The notes under the pieces were generated by a model. It was not told the origin of the DNA. It made no database searches and worked only from the letters and a program-made list of their open reading frames with translations. A stretch of DNA of 63,977 nt, filler included, from Basidiobolus ranarum (taxonomy: Eukaryota): the NCBI GenBank assembly GCA_040143965.1. It is 3 parts of 3 records of this genome, joined end to end, with 100 filler letters (N's around TTAATTAATTAA, not from the genome) between each part and the next. Parts side by side here need not be neighbours in the genome. Positions count along the whole stretch, not along the records: positions 22,103 to 43,950 come from JASJQH010000195.1; positions 44,051 to 63,977 come from JASJQH010000237.1; 1 more part is not named here. One strand, 5' to 3'. Of the stretch, positions 39,908 through 53,881 are shown in pieces. The translations under genes and the position numbers were made by a program. Numbering within the stretch: position 1 is the first letter of the stretch; every line of letters begins with the position of its first letter.

Positions 39908-41878
39908 CTATTTGGAGGGTAGGGAAACTGATTCAGTAGTTCCTTTTCTACGCGACATGGTATTCTCATCTTCGTCTAGCCAAGATGGAGCCACTACTTG
40001 GCATATACCAGGTAGAGACTCTATACGAATAGGCCCGGTTAAAACAACCTCACCATCAATATCTAGTATTCCTTTACGAACATTCGATGGATTACTTTTA
40101 CTTTTACGCCCTATCGGCTCCAATATAATTGCTCGAGCTTTAATGTGATTAGCGAAATCTTCATCTATGTAACTTCCCTCGGCCGAGTCGATCATCAATT
40201 GTAAAAGCTTGCTACTCGGAACTTTCTCAATCCAAACTAAATCGATAAATCCGCTATTTAGTCGACTATGCTTACATGCCAAAAAATCTGTAGATATCCA
40301 AGGGATATTAAGCGCGAAAAACTGACTAAAGGAGCATTCACGAGTAATCCACGGCTCAGCAAGTTTCCCTTCAACTGGAATGGAAATATCTTCAACGTGT
40401 GTGAACTTGGAGCTATTCTCGGGGTCTTTAAGATTGGCTATATCTTCCACAGGTGCATCATATGGAATATAATGAATTCTTCCTTCATAAGTTCTTAAAT
40501 TTAAAAGGCGAAGGAGTGCATAGATTGTCAGTCTAGCAGGGCCAGCCCATCTTAGCTTCTCAGACTCGATGTCTACATCTGCAACATATCCCCAAGTTGC
40601 CATTTCAAATGAATACCGAATGGAATCATCAGCAAGTTTTGTAACCATGATATCAAGTGGTCTTGTCGATCCTACCAATACATTAAGTTTGAGAGAAAGT
40701 CTTAGAATCTTATATTTAACCAATGTTACCTATAATCAAGTTAGCGACGGCTAGCTCCGGAGTCGGAGTGCCCACGCTCTTGGCTAAAGCGTTTCCAGAT
40801 CCTATATTTATATACACGTTAATTTTGCGAAAGGAAAATCAATACATTGAGCGAGTAATGTACCGGCAGGAATTATGCCAATTGAAGTCTTTGTAGCTTC
40901 TCTCCAATCAGTACGTGACAATACTCCATTCTAGTTATCAGATGTCAGTTTATAGATGGTAAAACTCTGGGGTAAACAAACTAAATACTAACCAGGAACT
41001 CATGAAGAAGTCCGTCACCACTAATGGTTGCCACGGCATCATATTCTGAGTAATCGTAGGTCTCAGCTATCTCTTTAGCGTGTAAGGGTCTTTCAGTTTC
41101 TATAGATGTAAATAAGTTAGAATTAAATTGAATGGTAATTACGTCATGAAAAGTACTAACGTCTCAAAGTATGCTTTACTTGTGCCATTTCTAGCATCGG
41201 TTTAACAATATTTTGATAAATAGATATCGCCTTCTTGGCACCACTGGCTGGATTCAACAATAATAAGAGGTTTCTGAGTGCCCCCTTTCGTGCACCTAAC
41301 CAGTTAAGATATATGTGTGTTAGTGAGGATTTTTGAACACAAATCAAGCACAAACAATTACCAGGAGGTTGGAGAAAGGTTCGAATTTTTTCTACCAAAA
41401 GCTCTGCTTCTTCGACGGAGGCGCACGAAAAAGACCAATATTCTGGAGTTGATTTTCGATTACCGTTTCTATAGCCAAATAGAGTGAACTGAGGAGAGGG
41501 GGGACTGTCGACATAGCTGTGGCAATTATGAAGTGATTTAAAGTTACTTCCAGGAGGGGTAAACAGCACCGAAAAAGCTACTCCGTAAGGGATACTAAAA
41601 CCAATGGTTGTATCTGCATGAAAGTGCTCAGGTTAGGAAAAAAATAGAGTATTCAAGTCAGGAAAGCCAGGTTACTTACTTGAGGAAGGCTTCCAAGAAA
41701 TCGCTTCACTTTCTATGGAAATGTGACCAGCAACATTTTGCTTTCCTAGGATATATGATACCTCTTCAGTGAAAACGCCGAACATCGTTTGCTTATTTAC
41801 ATGACTAGTACTAAGATTAGGTTTGAATGGGTCTAACAAATGGTCAAACACAATAGGAGCCGAAGTTTCTTCTAGCAT
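39908..41878 (-). CDS. Sphingoid long-chain base kinase (Lcb4/Lcb5/SphK, DAGK-like domain)
   Basis: LLNPASGAKKA, ISGDGLLHEFLNG, IIPAGSGNALAKS, WGYVADVDIESEKLRWAGPAR, LDIDGE. Confidence 0.93.
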
Positions 41879-43475
41879 ATGATCAAATCTTCTTAATTAA
41901 TGGATGTTAAAGGTGTATGAATTGCAAAACTGCAACCGTCAAACTTGTGAAGGGTAAGACTTGCCACATAAATCACTCATAAACGGATAAAATGGTAAAT
42001 AGTTTAACTACAATAGTTAGATCAACCAATCAGCACATTTCAAACTTCGGGTAGTTTTGATGAATTATCCTAAATTATTCCGGTGTTTATTATCGGATAT
42101 GCCAGAAATCCGACACCCGTAAGAAATTAAAAGAATAACTGAAGCCAAGATACTGCAGCAACATTACAGGTTATTAAATAGCAAGTAAAAAATGAAATAT
42201 CTTATCTCTGCTCATATTTCTAATCCAATCATCACTCTTGAAAACAATAACAACGGCTGGAAGGTTGAATTTATCGAGATACTTATTATACATGCGCTAA
42301 TATCGGCAGCAACATTGTACAGCCTACGTACATATTTAGGGTAGATATAGCCTTGATCCATGATCGCCAAATCGACATCTGAATATCGTGCAAAGAGCAT
42401 GAGGAATGCATGAAATGGCTCATCTGAAGTATTTTCATTCTTTAAGCGCTATAGGGACCAACTGCGCAGCCAAGCACCATTGTCATTAGCCAGAAGCGGC
42501 AACCAATGGTGTACAAATACTAAAAATATCTTCAGAATATGAGACAAGGTCTACCCATGTAAAGGATATGAAATTGAATGCACGTAGCTAATAGGTTGCA
42601 TTGTACATCTTACCAAAACGGTAGCGTTGTAGGACTATTAAGGATATACTCCGGGTTCTTAGTATCATCCAGAAGAAAGCGCGAGCCTATGAAATGCTAG
42701 AAACATTGCAATTGGCACTACTTTGACGTAATTTCAGACGAGTAGGGGGCGCTGATTAGTGGTTCACTGGATGGCTCACTTAATCCATAACCAACTGTAT
42801 CACGTCAAACCGCATATAGTCATGCATGGAATCCTGATTTCATAAATTCGTGACACACCGGACAACGCGTATTTGCGTAACAGTCCAGAGGATGCTGACC
42901 CTGACTCCATTCGGTTTCAAATACAAGCGACCCTGAGTTCAAGTGGCAAAAGAGCACACTTAGGAAAGGTTATCACTTCAATCTACCTGGAAGTAGCGAT
43001 CCTGGATAAATGATTTAAAGTTACTATAGTTACCACTAATCAGCTAAATCCAGTTGGTCACTCACTGCATGCGCTCGATACTTCCTGTCCAATCATGCAC
43101 CGCGAGCGAAAAGAGAGACAGTCGATCTTGATGTCATGTTTCAATATCAAATGGAGCTTCAAGCACTGTAAATATACCGAAATTCACTTTCTAGAATCTG
43201 TGGCTTCATTATTCTGCGAATCCGGTGCTACCTAATAATCGTATGGAGGTACCGATCTTGGCACAGTGACCAATCCAGTCATTGATCAAGTGATATGGAA
43301 TGCCCCAAACGTTCTACCAACAGATCTGTCCAATCATCACCACCGATGGACTATATAAATGGATGTGTGCTGCCATCAACAAAATTCGATATTTCTACTC
43401 ATCCCTCTCTCATTCCATACCCCTCCTTGTTATATTTCAACTCCCACCCAATCCATTTTTGTAGAAAACTTCGTT

Positions 43476-43950
43476 ATGCTTTCTGAATCTTCCGTTTCTC
43501 AATTCTTCCGTATTTCTCCTCATTTGGTTGAAAGACCTCAGTCACCCAGTATTGTCAATGCTCAGCCTATCCCTACCAAATCGATCCGTCCCTCTCCTTT
43601 GAACAGTATTCCAGATGAGCATCAAATCTCTCCTATTTTAGCTCCATCACCCAAGAAAATGGTTTATCGTTCTGGTAGTGTTAGTTCTGATGTTGATGAC
43701 ATGTCTCCTTGGGGATTGCCCACTTTATCAGACGACAGTGATGAAGACAGCTATGATGGTGATTCTATTTCTGATCATTTGGAAGATACCGAATCCAGTG
43801 AAGCTTTTGCTGAGCTTTTTAGCATCATCCATAAATCAACTGCTCCCTCATCTCCTCGACTTAGCGAGAACCACTTCGAGAACTTGAGTGTCTCTGAACA
43901 AGAGCCTTGTGATTATTTTGGACGTTCTCCAATTTCACGCACTCAAAATC
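43476..43950 (+). CDS. Ser/Pro-rich hypothetical protein, 3' end lost in gap
   Basis: Open frame MLSESSVSQFFRISP... runs into the N gap; TATATAAA at ~43352, pyrimidine-rich leader and repeated CTGTCCAATCAT upstream. Confidence 0.65.
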
Positions 43951-44050
43951 NNNNNNNNNNNNNNNNNNNNNNNNNNNNNNNNNNNNNNNNNNNNTTAATT
44001 AATTAANNNNNNNNNNNNNNNNNNNNNNNNNNNNNNNNNNNNNNNNNNNN
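43951..44050. other. Assembly gap (100 nt) with TTAATTAATTAA linker
   Basis: Same N44-linker-N44 structure as 22003-22102. Confidence 0.98.
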
Positions 44051-44172
44051 GTTTACATCTTGACAAAACTATAAATGTCAACTTTCTACTCAATAAATCA
44101 ATAAGTGAAAAACCACCAATTCCTCTAATTCTCCAAACCACTTCCAACAGGCTCCCAAATATTTTAACATTA
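44051..44172 (-). repeat. Inverted 5' part of copia-like LTR plus upstream flank
   Basis: Reverse complement matches ~21305-21426; the TGTTGG terminus maps to 44149-44144. Confidence 0.8.
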
Positions 44173-44380
44173 AGAACAGTCCCAGGAACACATGTGCAAA
44201 ACTTGGGGCTTCTAGCACAAGTTTGAAAAAATCTATATATCTGAGAACTTCTAAGTTGGTGTCAATACTCTAAGTAAATTACTGCTGAGAATAATGGGTA
44301 ATATCTTAGTTCAATATAAGATATCTAAATACTAAGCTATATATGACTATATAGGTGTTTAGGGAATGCTAATTTGAACA
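44172..44380 (+). repeat. 3' part of copia-like LTR
   Basis: Matches ~21450-21636 and ends GCTAATTTGAACA. Confidence 0.8.
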
Positions 44381-44882
44381 ATAAGATATAACTGATAAGT
44401 GGGGATAATAAGACATACTGGTTATATAGATATAGAGACATTCCTAATTAGAACATAGGGGCTATAGATACATTGCTTTCTGTGGAATAAAGAGTAGTTA
44501 TCCAACACCAATCCACCAGCACATCTCTCAAGACTTGATTCCACTTGATTGTTTTTTGTTTAGTTTTGTTCATGCTCTTCATTCAATACAGAACAATGAT
44601 GATAGACTTGGAGTTCTGATTGTTGGAACATATACTATACCCCAGGCTATACAAACCAAAATATCCAACATCTATGTTTTGACTTTGCCTTAGGCGAACA
44701 AAACATCTGCTATAGCTTCATAATAGATAATATACAGTATTGTTAATAAAGTTTATCAATTACCTTCTAAAATTAATCACAACAATAATGATACATAAGT
44801 GCCATAAACTACATAAATTCATTTTTCAGGTGACCAAAACATAAAATGCAGACAGATTTTTGCTCACCATTACTTTTCATGT

Positions 44883-47800
44883 TTAGCCCTCAAACTCAGA
44901 TACATCTGACTCGTCATTGTTGGAGCTATCTGCATCAAGACCGCTAAAGTTAATCTTCCGCCTAGCTCTAGTAGAAGTTCTGGTAGAGGTTTGCTCAGAC
45001 GTAGTGGGTGAGGAATCATCTGCAGTTGATGCTTTATTTTGTCGTCTGGGAGTAGAGTACGCTGTGCGCTGTCGCTTAGCGGGTGGGCTAGTTTTGAGAG
45101 CTTCTGTGGGAGCTTCACTGTCATTAGCCAGGTCCGATTGAGGATTTTCATTATCTTGTATTTTGTCATTTAGCGTGCTCTGCTTCGTCACAGTCCTACG
45201 TCTTGCTTTGTAAGTCGTTGGGCTCTTCGAAATAGGACTTGTGCGAACAGAATCGTGAGAGGAGGAAGGGAAATCGAAGATATCGACCTCTTTCGATTTA
45301 GAAGGCTGGGTTTCCGGAACTAGATTGATCATTAGGAAGTGTCGCAGAGTGCAATACATGTATGGTTTAAAACTTACCCAAGACGGTTGCTTCAGCTTTA
45401 ATCTCCACCTTAACATCTTCACTCGGGATTTGAAGCTTCTCAGACGTACGCGGAGGTGAATTTTCAACTTTTATCACAACAGTAGGCTCTGGCAAGGCTT
45501 TCTTGGTCAGCATATCCGTAACTTTTCTTTGTTTCATCTTGGCTATCGTAGGGGCTTCTGCATTAATGATTTGGTTGTTTTAGTGCAAAGGAATGACATG
45601 TAGTCGAAAATATCAAATGTACCGGATGTTTCTTTCTTTTCTACCACATCAAGTGGAGGAGTCGCGTGTTCACTTTTTAATGTTGACTCTTTTTCCGATT
45701 CATCTAAATCATTTTCATCAGAATCCACAATGCGTTGGTTGGGCTTATTCCTGGCTGCGCGAGTAGGAGTAGCTCTGGGCTTGACGTCTACAATTGGAGT
45801 TAGAGGAATTTCGATGTAACAGTTACTGCGAAAATGAAACAATTACCTCGAGCACCACCATCGCTTTGGAAGTCGTCCGTACTATCCGCTCCATCTTCAA
45901 GCTTTCTTTTGTTTTTAAGGGTGGAAGAATTTAGGGCTTTTGGCTTTGGAGTCCTTTTAGTAGGCTTTTTATTATTTCGGCCTTTCGATTTTTTGATGTC
46001 CGAATTGCTTTCCATAGCGAGCTGAAATTCCTCAAGAGATATCTAAAGAAAGAGTATGTTAATCATCATGAAACGAGCAATATGTTTGCTGTTATTATCA
46101 CCATCCATTCGGCCAAGAAATCATCTAAATCGGTCTCCCAAAGGCTGATTGGGGTTTTTTCCATTAATTCTTCAATCTCCTGGTTCTTTTTAGCGATCTC
46201 TTCTTGAAGTTGATCCACCTACATGGAGCAAACGAAATTAATTCTCGCCTTTACTAGGAAATGGCTTACAGCTCACCAACCTTTTCTTTAGTCAGATTCC
46301 AGATAGGCATACCAAGAAGATAGTTATACCCAGTAGCTTCGCCGTCATCAGCTTCAGTCTCGGCCTCGGTCTCAGAGTTCAAAATACCCTTTTTGATTTG
46401 CCCAATGGTCTTGTAGCCCCGCTCTTTTAAGTCCTTCAGAATTTCGAGCTTCTTTTTGTTTTGAACTATCAGTGTCCTGTCGATTATCTCTAAGATGAAC
46501 CGAGCCCTATTTTCTAACTCTTCTTTCTTCGAATTCAGTTGATTAAGAAGCCACTCCTACTCGAAAGATCGCTTGTCAGTACAATAGAGGGAACAACTAA
46601 ACAAATAGAGTGAATGATACCTTGCGATCGTGATAAAATCCTAATCGAACTTCGAAGAAATCTTCCAGGATAGCTTCGGGGGATTGATACTTCTTGATCT
46701 GAAGATTTTTGTCGAAGCAAACCATGTTCGAAGTGGAGATGTAATTGATAATCTTGAACTTCTTCTCGAGTCCCTCCGCCTCTGCCTCTTTCATCTTTTC
46801 CTCCGACAGCTCGATTCTAAAATGAACAGAGGTATGCGTGTGGTATTCTTTGTAGTCCTACAATGGTGAGTCCACAACGTACGGTTAGTAGACTGAGAGT
46901 AGACTCGGAAAGATACATGAAGTGAGAACCTTGATAAATGGCACAACGTTCTCTTTCTCTACCAACAAGCTTTCCAAGAAATCTTTGTAAGTCTGTGTCC
47001 AACTACGAATGGGTAACTCAGTGACATCAATGGTGGTATCATCGATCTTCGTAATGATTCCAGAGACTTGATACTTGTCACTGGAAATAGGCACAATAGT
47101 CCCCTGTTGATGAAAGTCAACGTTAAGTCCATCGGAACATCATAGTATTATATTAGTAGAGGTTTAAGAACCTTAAAGCCCCGGTACCAAGGTATCATTT
47201 TCACAAGTTCTTCGCCGCGCATTTTGCGTTTAAGGTTCTCAACAATATCCAATGGGTTGTAATTTGGTATCATAGAGCTCCATCCAGTACCAATCCCTTC
47301 ACCACCATTTACAAGTAACAGGGGTAGTATAGGCATATACCTGTACATTGCAGAGTCATTAGCCTAGGATTAAGAAGAAATGCCACTGAGCTGCTTACCA
47401 TTGAGGCTCAACCTTTTGACCATCGTCAGTAAGATACGTTAGTAAATGCTCATCGTCTGGATGAAATATACGACGGGTAAGATTGGTAAGCGAGGTAAAG
47501 ATATAACGAGGACTAGCTGCATCTTTCCCTCCCTTCAACAAGAAAGGTTAATCCAAGGACATTCCAACCGAGCAATGAGAGAATGCTTACCAGAATACGT
47601 GTACCGAACATCCCAATTGGCTCTAATAAATTCAGATTATTACTCCCTACAAAATCCTGAGCTAGGCCAACGATAGTTGCACATAAACTCTGCTCCCCAT
47701 GATGATAGGCTGAATGTTCACTAACATACCCAGCAAGTTGTTGGACCTATATCAGAATAATATTTAACACAGGTCCACGGAAGCATGTTCAAAGTCATGA

Positions 47801-50624
47801 TATTCCCCACCTTGATTTCTCCCTTTAAATTTCTTTTAAAGCAACCAAACAGGATTTTCCTGTGACCAGGCTTCAACCCATCAACAAGGGACGGGATTGA
47901 TCGAATGTTGTCGGCAATTGCTGATTCAAAAGAATTCAAAGGTTAGATGGTTTTTAGACATTAGCTCAACAGGGAAGACGTACAAAAGAGAATCAGCTCT
48001 CGGTTGATAAAGTTGGAGATCTCGATTCGGTTCACACTGTGGTCCATGTAAGTACCAATCTACGGATTCACTGCAATTAGCGAACATTCAAGCCTATGGA
48101 CCAACCATGGTTTTGCATAAGGAAACTCTACCTGGAAACTCCGAAGCCATTCTTTCCGCTCGTCTGCCTTTTTTTTGTTAAAGGCCATATCAATCAGCAC
48201 CCTGTCCTCAGGCTTAGCTTTTGCGAATTCTTTACAGTGATAATCTAAAGAGCTGAAGTAGTTCTTGGCATCAACAGCAGTACTGGTTCCCAATCCCTAG
48301 TTATAGAAATAAATAGCAGGTAAGTGTACACACAACACCAAGCTCAATCTCTTCGTTCTTTACTTTGTAATATTTGATGTGCCACCCTGCCCCATTGTTG
48401 TTGTTAGCTTTCCAATCTTCGTACTCAGGGATGGTGAAGAAGCTGATGTCGGATTTGTTTTTCTTAACCTAGTCATGTAAATGGTTAGCCCGTGTTTAGA
48501 GATGATTGAATCAGTGATAGCGTAGCCATACCCGAACAATAGGAGTAATGAACTCTACTAAGAAGCCTGGCACCTTCAAGAGTGAAGGCCAGAAATGGTC
48601 GAGGAAATTAATGATAAGCCCTTTGATATGAGATCCGTCATGATCCTGATCGGTCATAATCATAAGGTGACCATAACGCAAGCTCTCAGTGCTGTTGTAC
48701 TCTACACCGTGTTGTAAGCCGAGGATCTTCTTGACGTTATTGATCTCGGCATTGTCGTAGATTTGTTTATGAGAGGCCTCTCTCACGTTGAGCAGCTTTC
48801 CTCTTAAAGGGAATACACCGTAAGAATCTCGGCCAACGACACTGAGCCCGCTTACTGCTAGCGTTTTAGCGGAATCACCTTCGGTCAGAATCAAAGTGCA
48901 ATCCCTGCCTTTCTTGGTACCGGCCATATTAGCATCGTCAAGCTTGCTAATGCCTACTAGCCTAGATCTTTTTTGTCCGTCAGTTTTCTTCATCATCTTG
49001 GCTTCTTTAACACGAGCAAAATCCATGATATTATCCACAACCTTAGTTTGGCTGGTGATTCTATTCAAAAAGCCGGTTGATAGCGTTGGTTTAGACCCAA
49101 AACTACTTGGTCTGAGAGTAAGATTCTCCTTCGTTTGTGAATCAAAGGCAGGGTTTTCAATCAAGCAATTGATAAATACCCAACATTGATTTTTGATTTG
49201 GAATTTCTTAACTGGAGCTCCTTTGTTCTTCGATTTCACGTGATCCGCAAGTTTGTTGATTATCTGGTCGGCGATGCACTGAACGTGAGTTCCTCCTTTT
49301 ATAGTGGAGATGTTGTTTACGAAGCTGACTTGTTGAAATTGACCCTCACTCTGCGTAAAGCAAACTTCCCATCTGTCATCATCCCCATCGCCTTTAATCT
49401 TCTCATACACAATCTGAGGTGGACTAGCTTCTCCCTCCTCGGTCCCGCCGAGCCCTTTCAAATATAGCTTCACATAATCTTTGAAGTTCTTGATAGGAAT
49501 CAACTTGCTATTGAGATAGACCTTCACACCTCCTCTGAGACATCCAGCAATATCGAACACACGCTTTTTCAACAAACACTCATGATCATCATCAATCTCC
49601 GACATCCCAAACTTCTCGAAATCAGGCTTAAAGGTGATTTTGGTGAAGTCAGTTTTGTTGCTTTTGGTAATGGAGGGCTTCCCGATCTTCGCCATGTTGT
49701 TGCTAAATACCTAAGGGCAGTTACGGGGATTAATTCAATATGTCCTGTCAAAGCTGCGATCGCATCAACAAACCTGCTTGTACTTCTGACCAGTTTGCTT
49801 ATTACCAGTTTCAACAATAAATTGAGTGCTGTAAATGTTACAAAGTTTAGCACCGTAGCCATTTCTTCCTCCAGTGACTTTTTTCTCTTTATCGTCGTAA
49901 TTAGAGGAAGTCAGGAGATGTCCAAAAATCAACTCTGGAATAAATACTTTCTCTTTTTTGTGCATCTCTATAGGGATTCCGCTTCCGTTGTTGTAAACCG
50001 ATATGAGGTTGTTTTCTCTATCGATAGTAACCTTGATGGTATTCATTGTAGGGTCCCGAATCTATGTTATCATCCAGAATACAATCACCGATTACTGAAA
50101 GTTCCGACAGAAACGTACGAGCATTACATTGCATACCTTGTTATCAGCAGCGTTGACAAGAATCTCATCGAAAATTTTGTAGAAGCCAGGCACGATGTTG
50201 GTTTTTTTAAAGACCATACATTCCGCTTTAGAATCATAAACCCAGAGATCCATCTCCGCCACCTCTGCTGAACCAATGTAGGTATCAGGTCTGAGTAGAA
50301 TGTGCTCAAGTTGGGTTTTTTTTTGATAAATTTCTACGAAACCGTTAAAAGATGGATATCAAGGGGTGGACATATGATAGTTGACCACTTACCCTCTAGT
50401 GACTTTTCTTTAGGTACATCTTCGGTTTTAGAGGATTCAGGCAGTATCGTAGGTTTGGATTCTGTAGGCTCGACGGCTTTGTCCTTTGGTTTATTTTTGG
50501 ACTGAAGTAACTCCAATATGCTACCCTTGGATTCGGATTTCTTGATAAATAATTGAAAGAGTCAGATGGACTGTAGTAAACAAGATGAACAAGACCCATA
50601 GTAAAAAAGAAATGTCATTACCAT
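44883..50624 (-). CDS. TOP2: DNA topoisomerase II
   Basis: [81 protein letters not shown], catalytic [11 protein letters not shown]-rich C-tail; many introns. The start is inferred as an ATG-only exon. Confidence 0.98.
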
Positions 50625-51332
50625 TGGATATTTTAGTTACTGTTAACAAACTTCTTGCTTCTTTACAGTGTAGAGGGACTAATTTGCGCTCTGATACGCT
50701 AGAGAACAATCGCTATCAATGGTGTAGCGCGTATATTAAATATAGTTTAAAATTTGTTTTATTGGATTTGAATTTCCATGTCTTGTTTTCATTATGAATC
50801 TACTGGTAAACAAAATCCTTAGTTTCAAATTGGGACCGCTTGAAAATTTCTTTTTCCATTGGTGCAGACAAGAGACATATTATGCACTATGGATACCGAT
50901 GGCTAACCTGAATCATCTCCATAATGTAACAAAAAAGGAGATATGCTGTTATGGATAATCTGATTACGTCAATAATAGAGGTAGTCCTGTTCATAGATCA
51001 ACATCTCTAACGATGGTGTGGATCCCCAGACTTGTCAAGAGGCTCATCCTCAGCAACAAGCCTACCTCGGTGTCTGGCTTCCACGGCAAAACAAAGCAAA
51101 TATAGTCCAACTGTTTTATTTCTAAGAATATTCAATTTGAGAGTTGGCACAAAATTACACTACGAAGAAACGGCATAGGCTGCTTCTTCAGATAAACTTG
51201 AACGAGATCCGACAACATAATCCCCACGAAACAGTGATGTCAGGTGGACAGTTGTTTGGGACGGCACTCACTGGACCATGGGTCTATACATAGCAGGGTT
51301 AGTAGGGTGGCAGATGGCACAACAATACAATA

Positions 51333-52955
51333 TCAACCATACCTATATTCACGCAAGACAACTGGCACACTGGTGCAAGGGATCATACCAACTTCAGAGA
51401 TAACTACAGTGATGAACTCTGAGGGGGTCAAATCGTACAGAAGATTCAGAAGCTTCAGGTCAGGAATACTCTTCCAGTCAACGAGAGCTGAGTTTTGTGT
51501 CCTGATAGGACTCACGTTGGCAGTGGCGGAAGGGCGGTCAGTGGACGCAACTTCTTCGACATCACCGATCTCGTTATATACAAATGAATCCAACTGAACA
51601 CGATCAGAGAATTTGTAGGTCTCGCAGCACACAATAACTGGTATTTTTTGATGATGAGCCATCATGGCGACAATGGCAGTGCCAGAACGTGAGAGCAGCG
51701 CACCATTAGAGAACATCCCATGCGCACCCAAAAACACCTTGGACACCTCCTTGATAACAAAACCAATAGCATTAATTAGAACATACGTGCATTTGATCCC
51801 GGCATGGACGAGTCTTTTCATCAAAGTGATTCCTTCAAATTTGGGTCGAGAGTCAACAACAATAACACGGAAATCTATTCCCTTGGCATGTGCTTCGAGA
51901 AGGAGACTTTGAATGATTGAAGAACTAAAAAAAGTAAGTCAGTACTTCGTTCCTCAAAAAAACGGTAGAGCATCGAGGTTTACCAGGCGTAGGTCAGAAT
52001 GACATCACCATTTTGAATCTTTTGAAGACCAAAATCTACGATCATTTTATCAGCGACAGTAATTCTGTCACGGATGAACTGGTCAATTCGTTCTATCAAA
52101 AGCTCCTTAGCCTACAAAGCGAAACTTAGTATATATTCGGTATTGATATATCTATTCAAAAACTACTCATAAACTTACGTCTTCGTCAGGCAAATCAATA
52201 CTCAAGATGGAGATCTCATACTTTAAGTAACGAATTGCATTACCCATACTAACAGATAGAGGTCGCATGCTAACCAAGTAAGCAATTTGAGGATTCAAAT
52301 AATGCTGGAGATTTCTAGTGAAAGTAGTATGGGGTGGTGTTTGGTAGTCTTGAATAACCTACAAATATTTCAAATGTTGGTATAAATGGATAAAAGTCAG
52401 ATTAGTTAACTAGAGATTACTTTTTTGAAAGCATTCAAGGTTGCTATCGCTCTAGCATTGGAGCCAGATATTTGAAACTCTGAAAATTGAAGTCCAAGAG
52501 ACAAGATAGCTGGATGTAGTTCTTTCGGGATTTGTGTTCCTAATGGCCCTTTAGGCTCCTCTAAATGAGCGAACAAACCAAGTTGCTTAGGCTTTTTATC
52601 TTCCTTTGAGCTAATAGATTTGGTTTGAGGTTGAGGGGTGACTGTGGGTTTGCTGGGAATGGTTTTGGCAGAGCTGTGAGAGCCGCCTTTAGCTTTTTGA
52701 GCTGAGCTACTAGACGATTGCTTCATTGCCTCTTTTTCTGCGCGTTGTTTTTCCTATTTTCAACAGTTACTTAAGTGTTATTCTGTAAACGACAAGAAAT
52801 AAACCATCAACCTGCAAAGCTCTACGCTCAGCTTTAGTCATCTCTTTTTGAGATTTTCTTGCACCACTGTCATCATTGTGTGGAGTTTCGTTACCTTTAT
52901 TTGGTAAGGAATCTCTAGATTTAGTGGGAGTCGAAATTTCTTTATCGTTGGACAT
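51333..52955 (-). CDS. GCD2: Translation initiation factor eIF-2B subunit delta
   Basis: MTKAERRALQ, LFAHLE, LHPAILSLGLQ..ISGSNARAIA, RPLSVSMGNAIRYLK, VVDSRPKFEG, CCETYKFSDRVQLDS, LLYDLTP, GMIPCTSVPVVLR. Confidence 0.95.
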
Positions 52956-53881
52956 ATTATTTCTCGACGCTCAGGGCGAAGAGAGAGAGAAATAGAGTAT
53001 ATAGAGTCGATAGTATTGAAACTCGTCAACAAATTCTGTTGTCGTATTCGATGTACTAAGTTCCTTTTTTTTATCGAAAATCGTACTAGTTGAACTGAAA
53101 AAAAAGCAAATAATTTTCAAACTTGTAGATATTTGATTTGGCCAACTATTAAACAAAATATACAAAATTTACAGTTACAAATTGTTAATTAAACAGCTTA
53201 CTCCAAATTGAATGTCTCCATACGAAAATGCAAGCTTATTAAAATCATCTTGAAAATAGTTGTGGTAGAAGTTAGAACTTGCCACGCACCGACATTATTT
53301 ATCATTACTGTATGTGGAATACCACTAATTTAACTTGAATTTGTGTGAAAAGTCCCCGAACTCCACCACTATCATCAGGATACTTGGTCCAGCTGCAGTG
53401 TTGGTGAGGGCTGCACCGACAAAGTCCAATGCTTGATGGATCACCTTCACCTTACTCAATAGATCTCTAGCTATACACTTGTTCTACAAAAACTCAGCAC
53501 TACTCTTGCATAAATCAGGAGAGGCCAACTTTTGAGTTTTTTCATGCCATTTTGGTTTACATTGTGAGCCCACCGAGGGAACATGAGGGTTCGGTATGAT
53601 ATAGAGAATGGTGTGTTTGGTATTCATTTTGGAATATTCGATGGATTTCACTAGTATATTTAAAAGCTTATAACTTGTAAACGAATCGACTTTTGCAGAA
53701 ACAATACATGGTGAACAAAATTTAAAAGGTACTTGAGCTCCAAAGGGATTTTTAGAAATATGATGCAATGTAGTTAGGAAGAAACGAAAATACAACCATC
53801 CTGTTTAGAAATAGATTTTGAGAGCATCAAAGTGGATTTAATCATACTATGAGAGTAGGCAACGACGTTCATTCAGAGTCG

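Noticed and set aside
49582-50271. 229-aa plus-strand ORF
   Set aside because: Antisense shadow of conserved TOP2 exons with no recognisable motif. The same applies to most short ORFs overlapping called genes.
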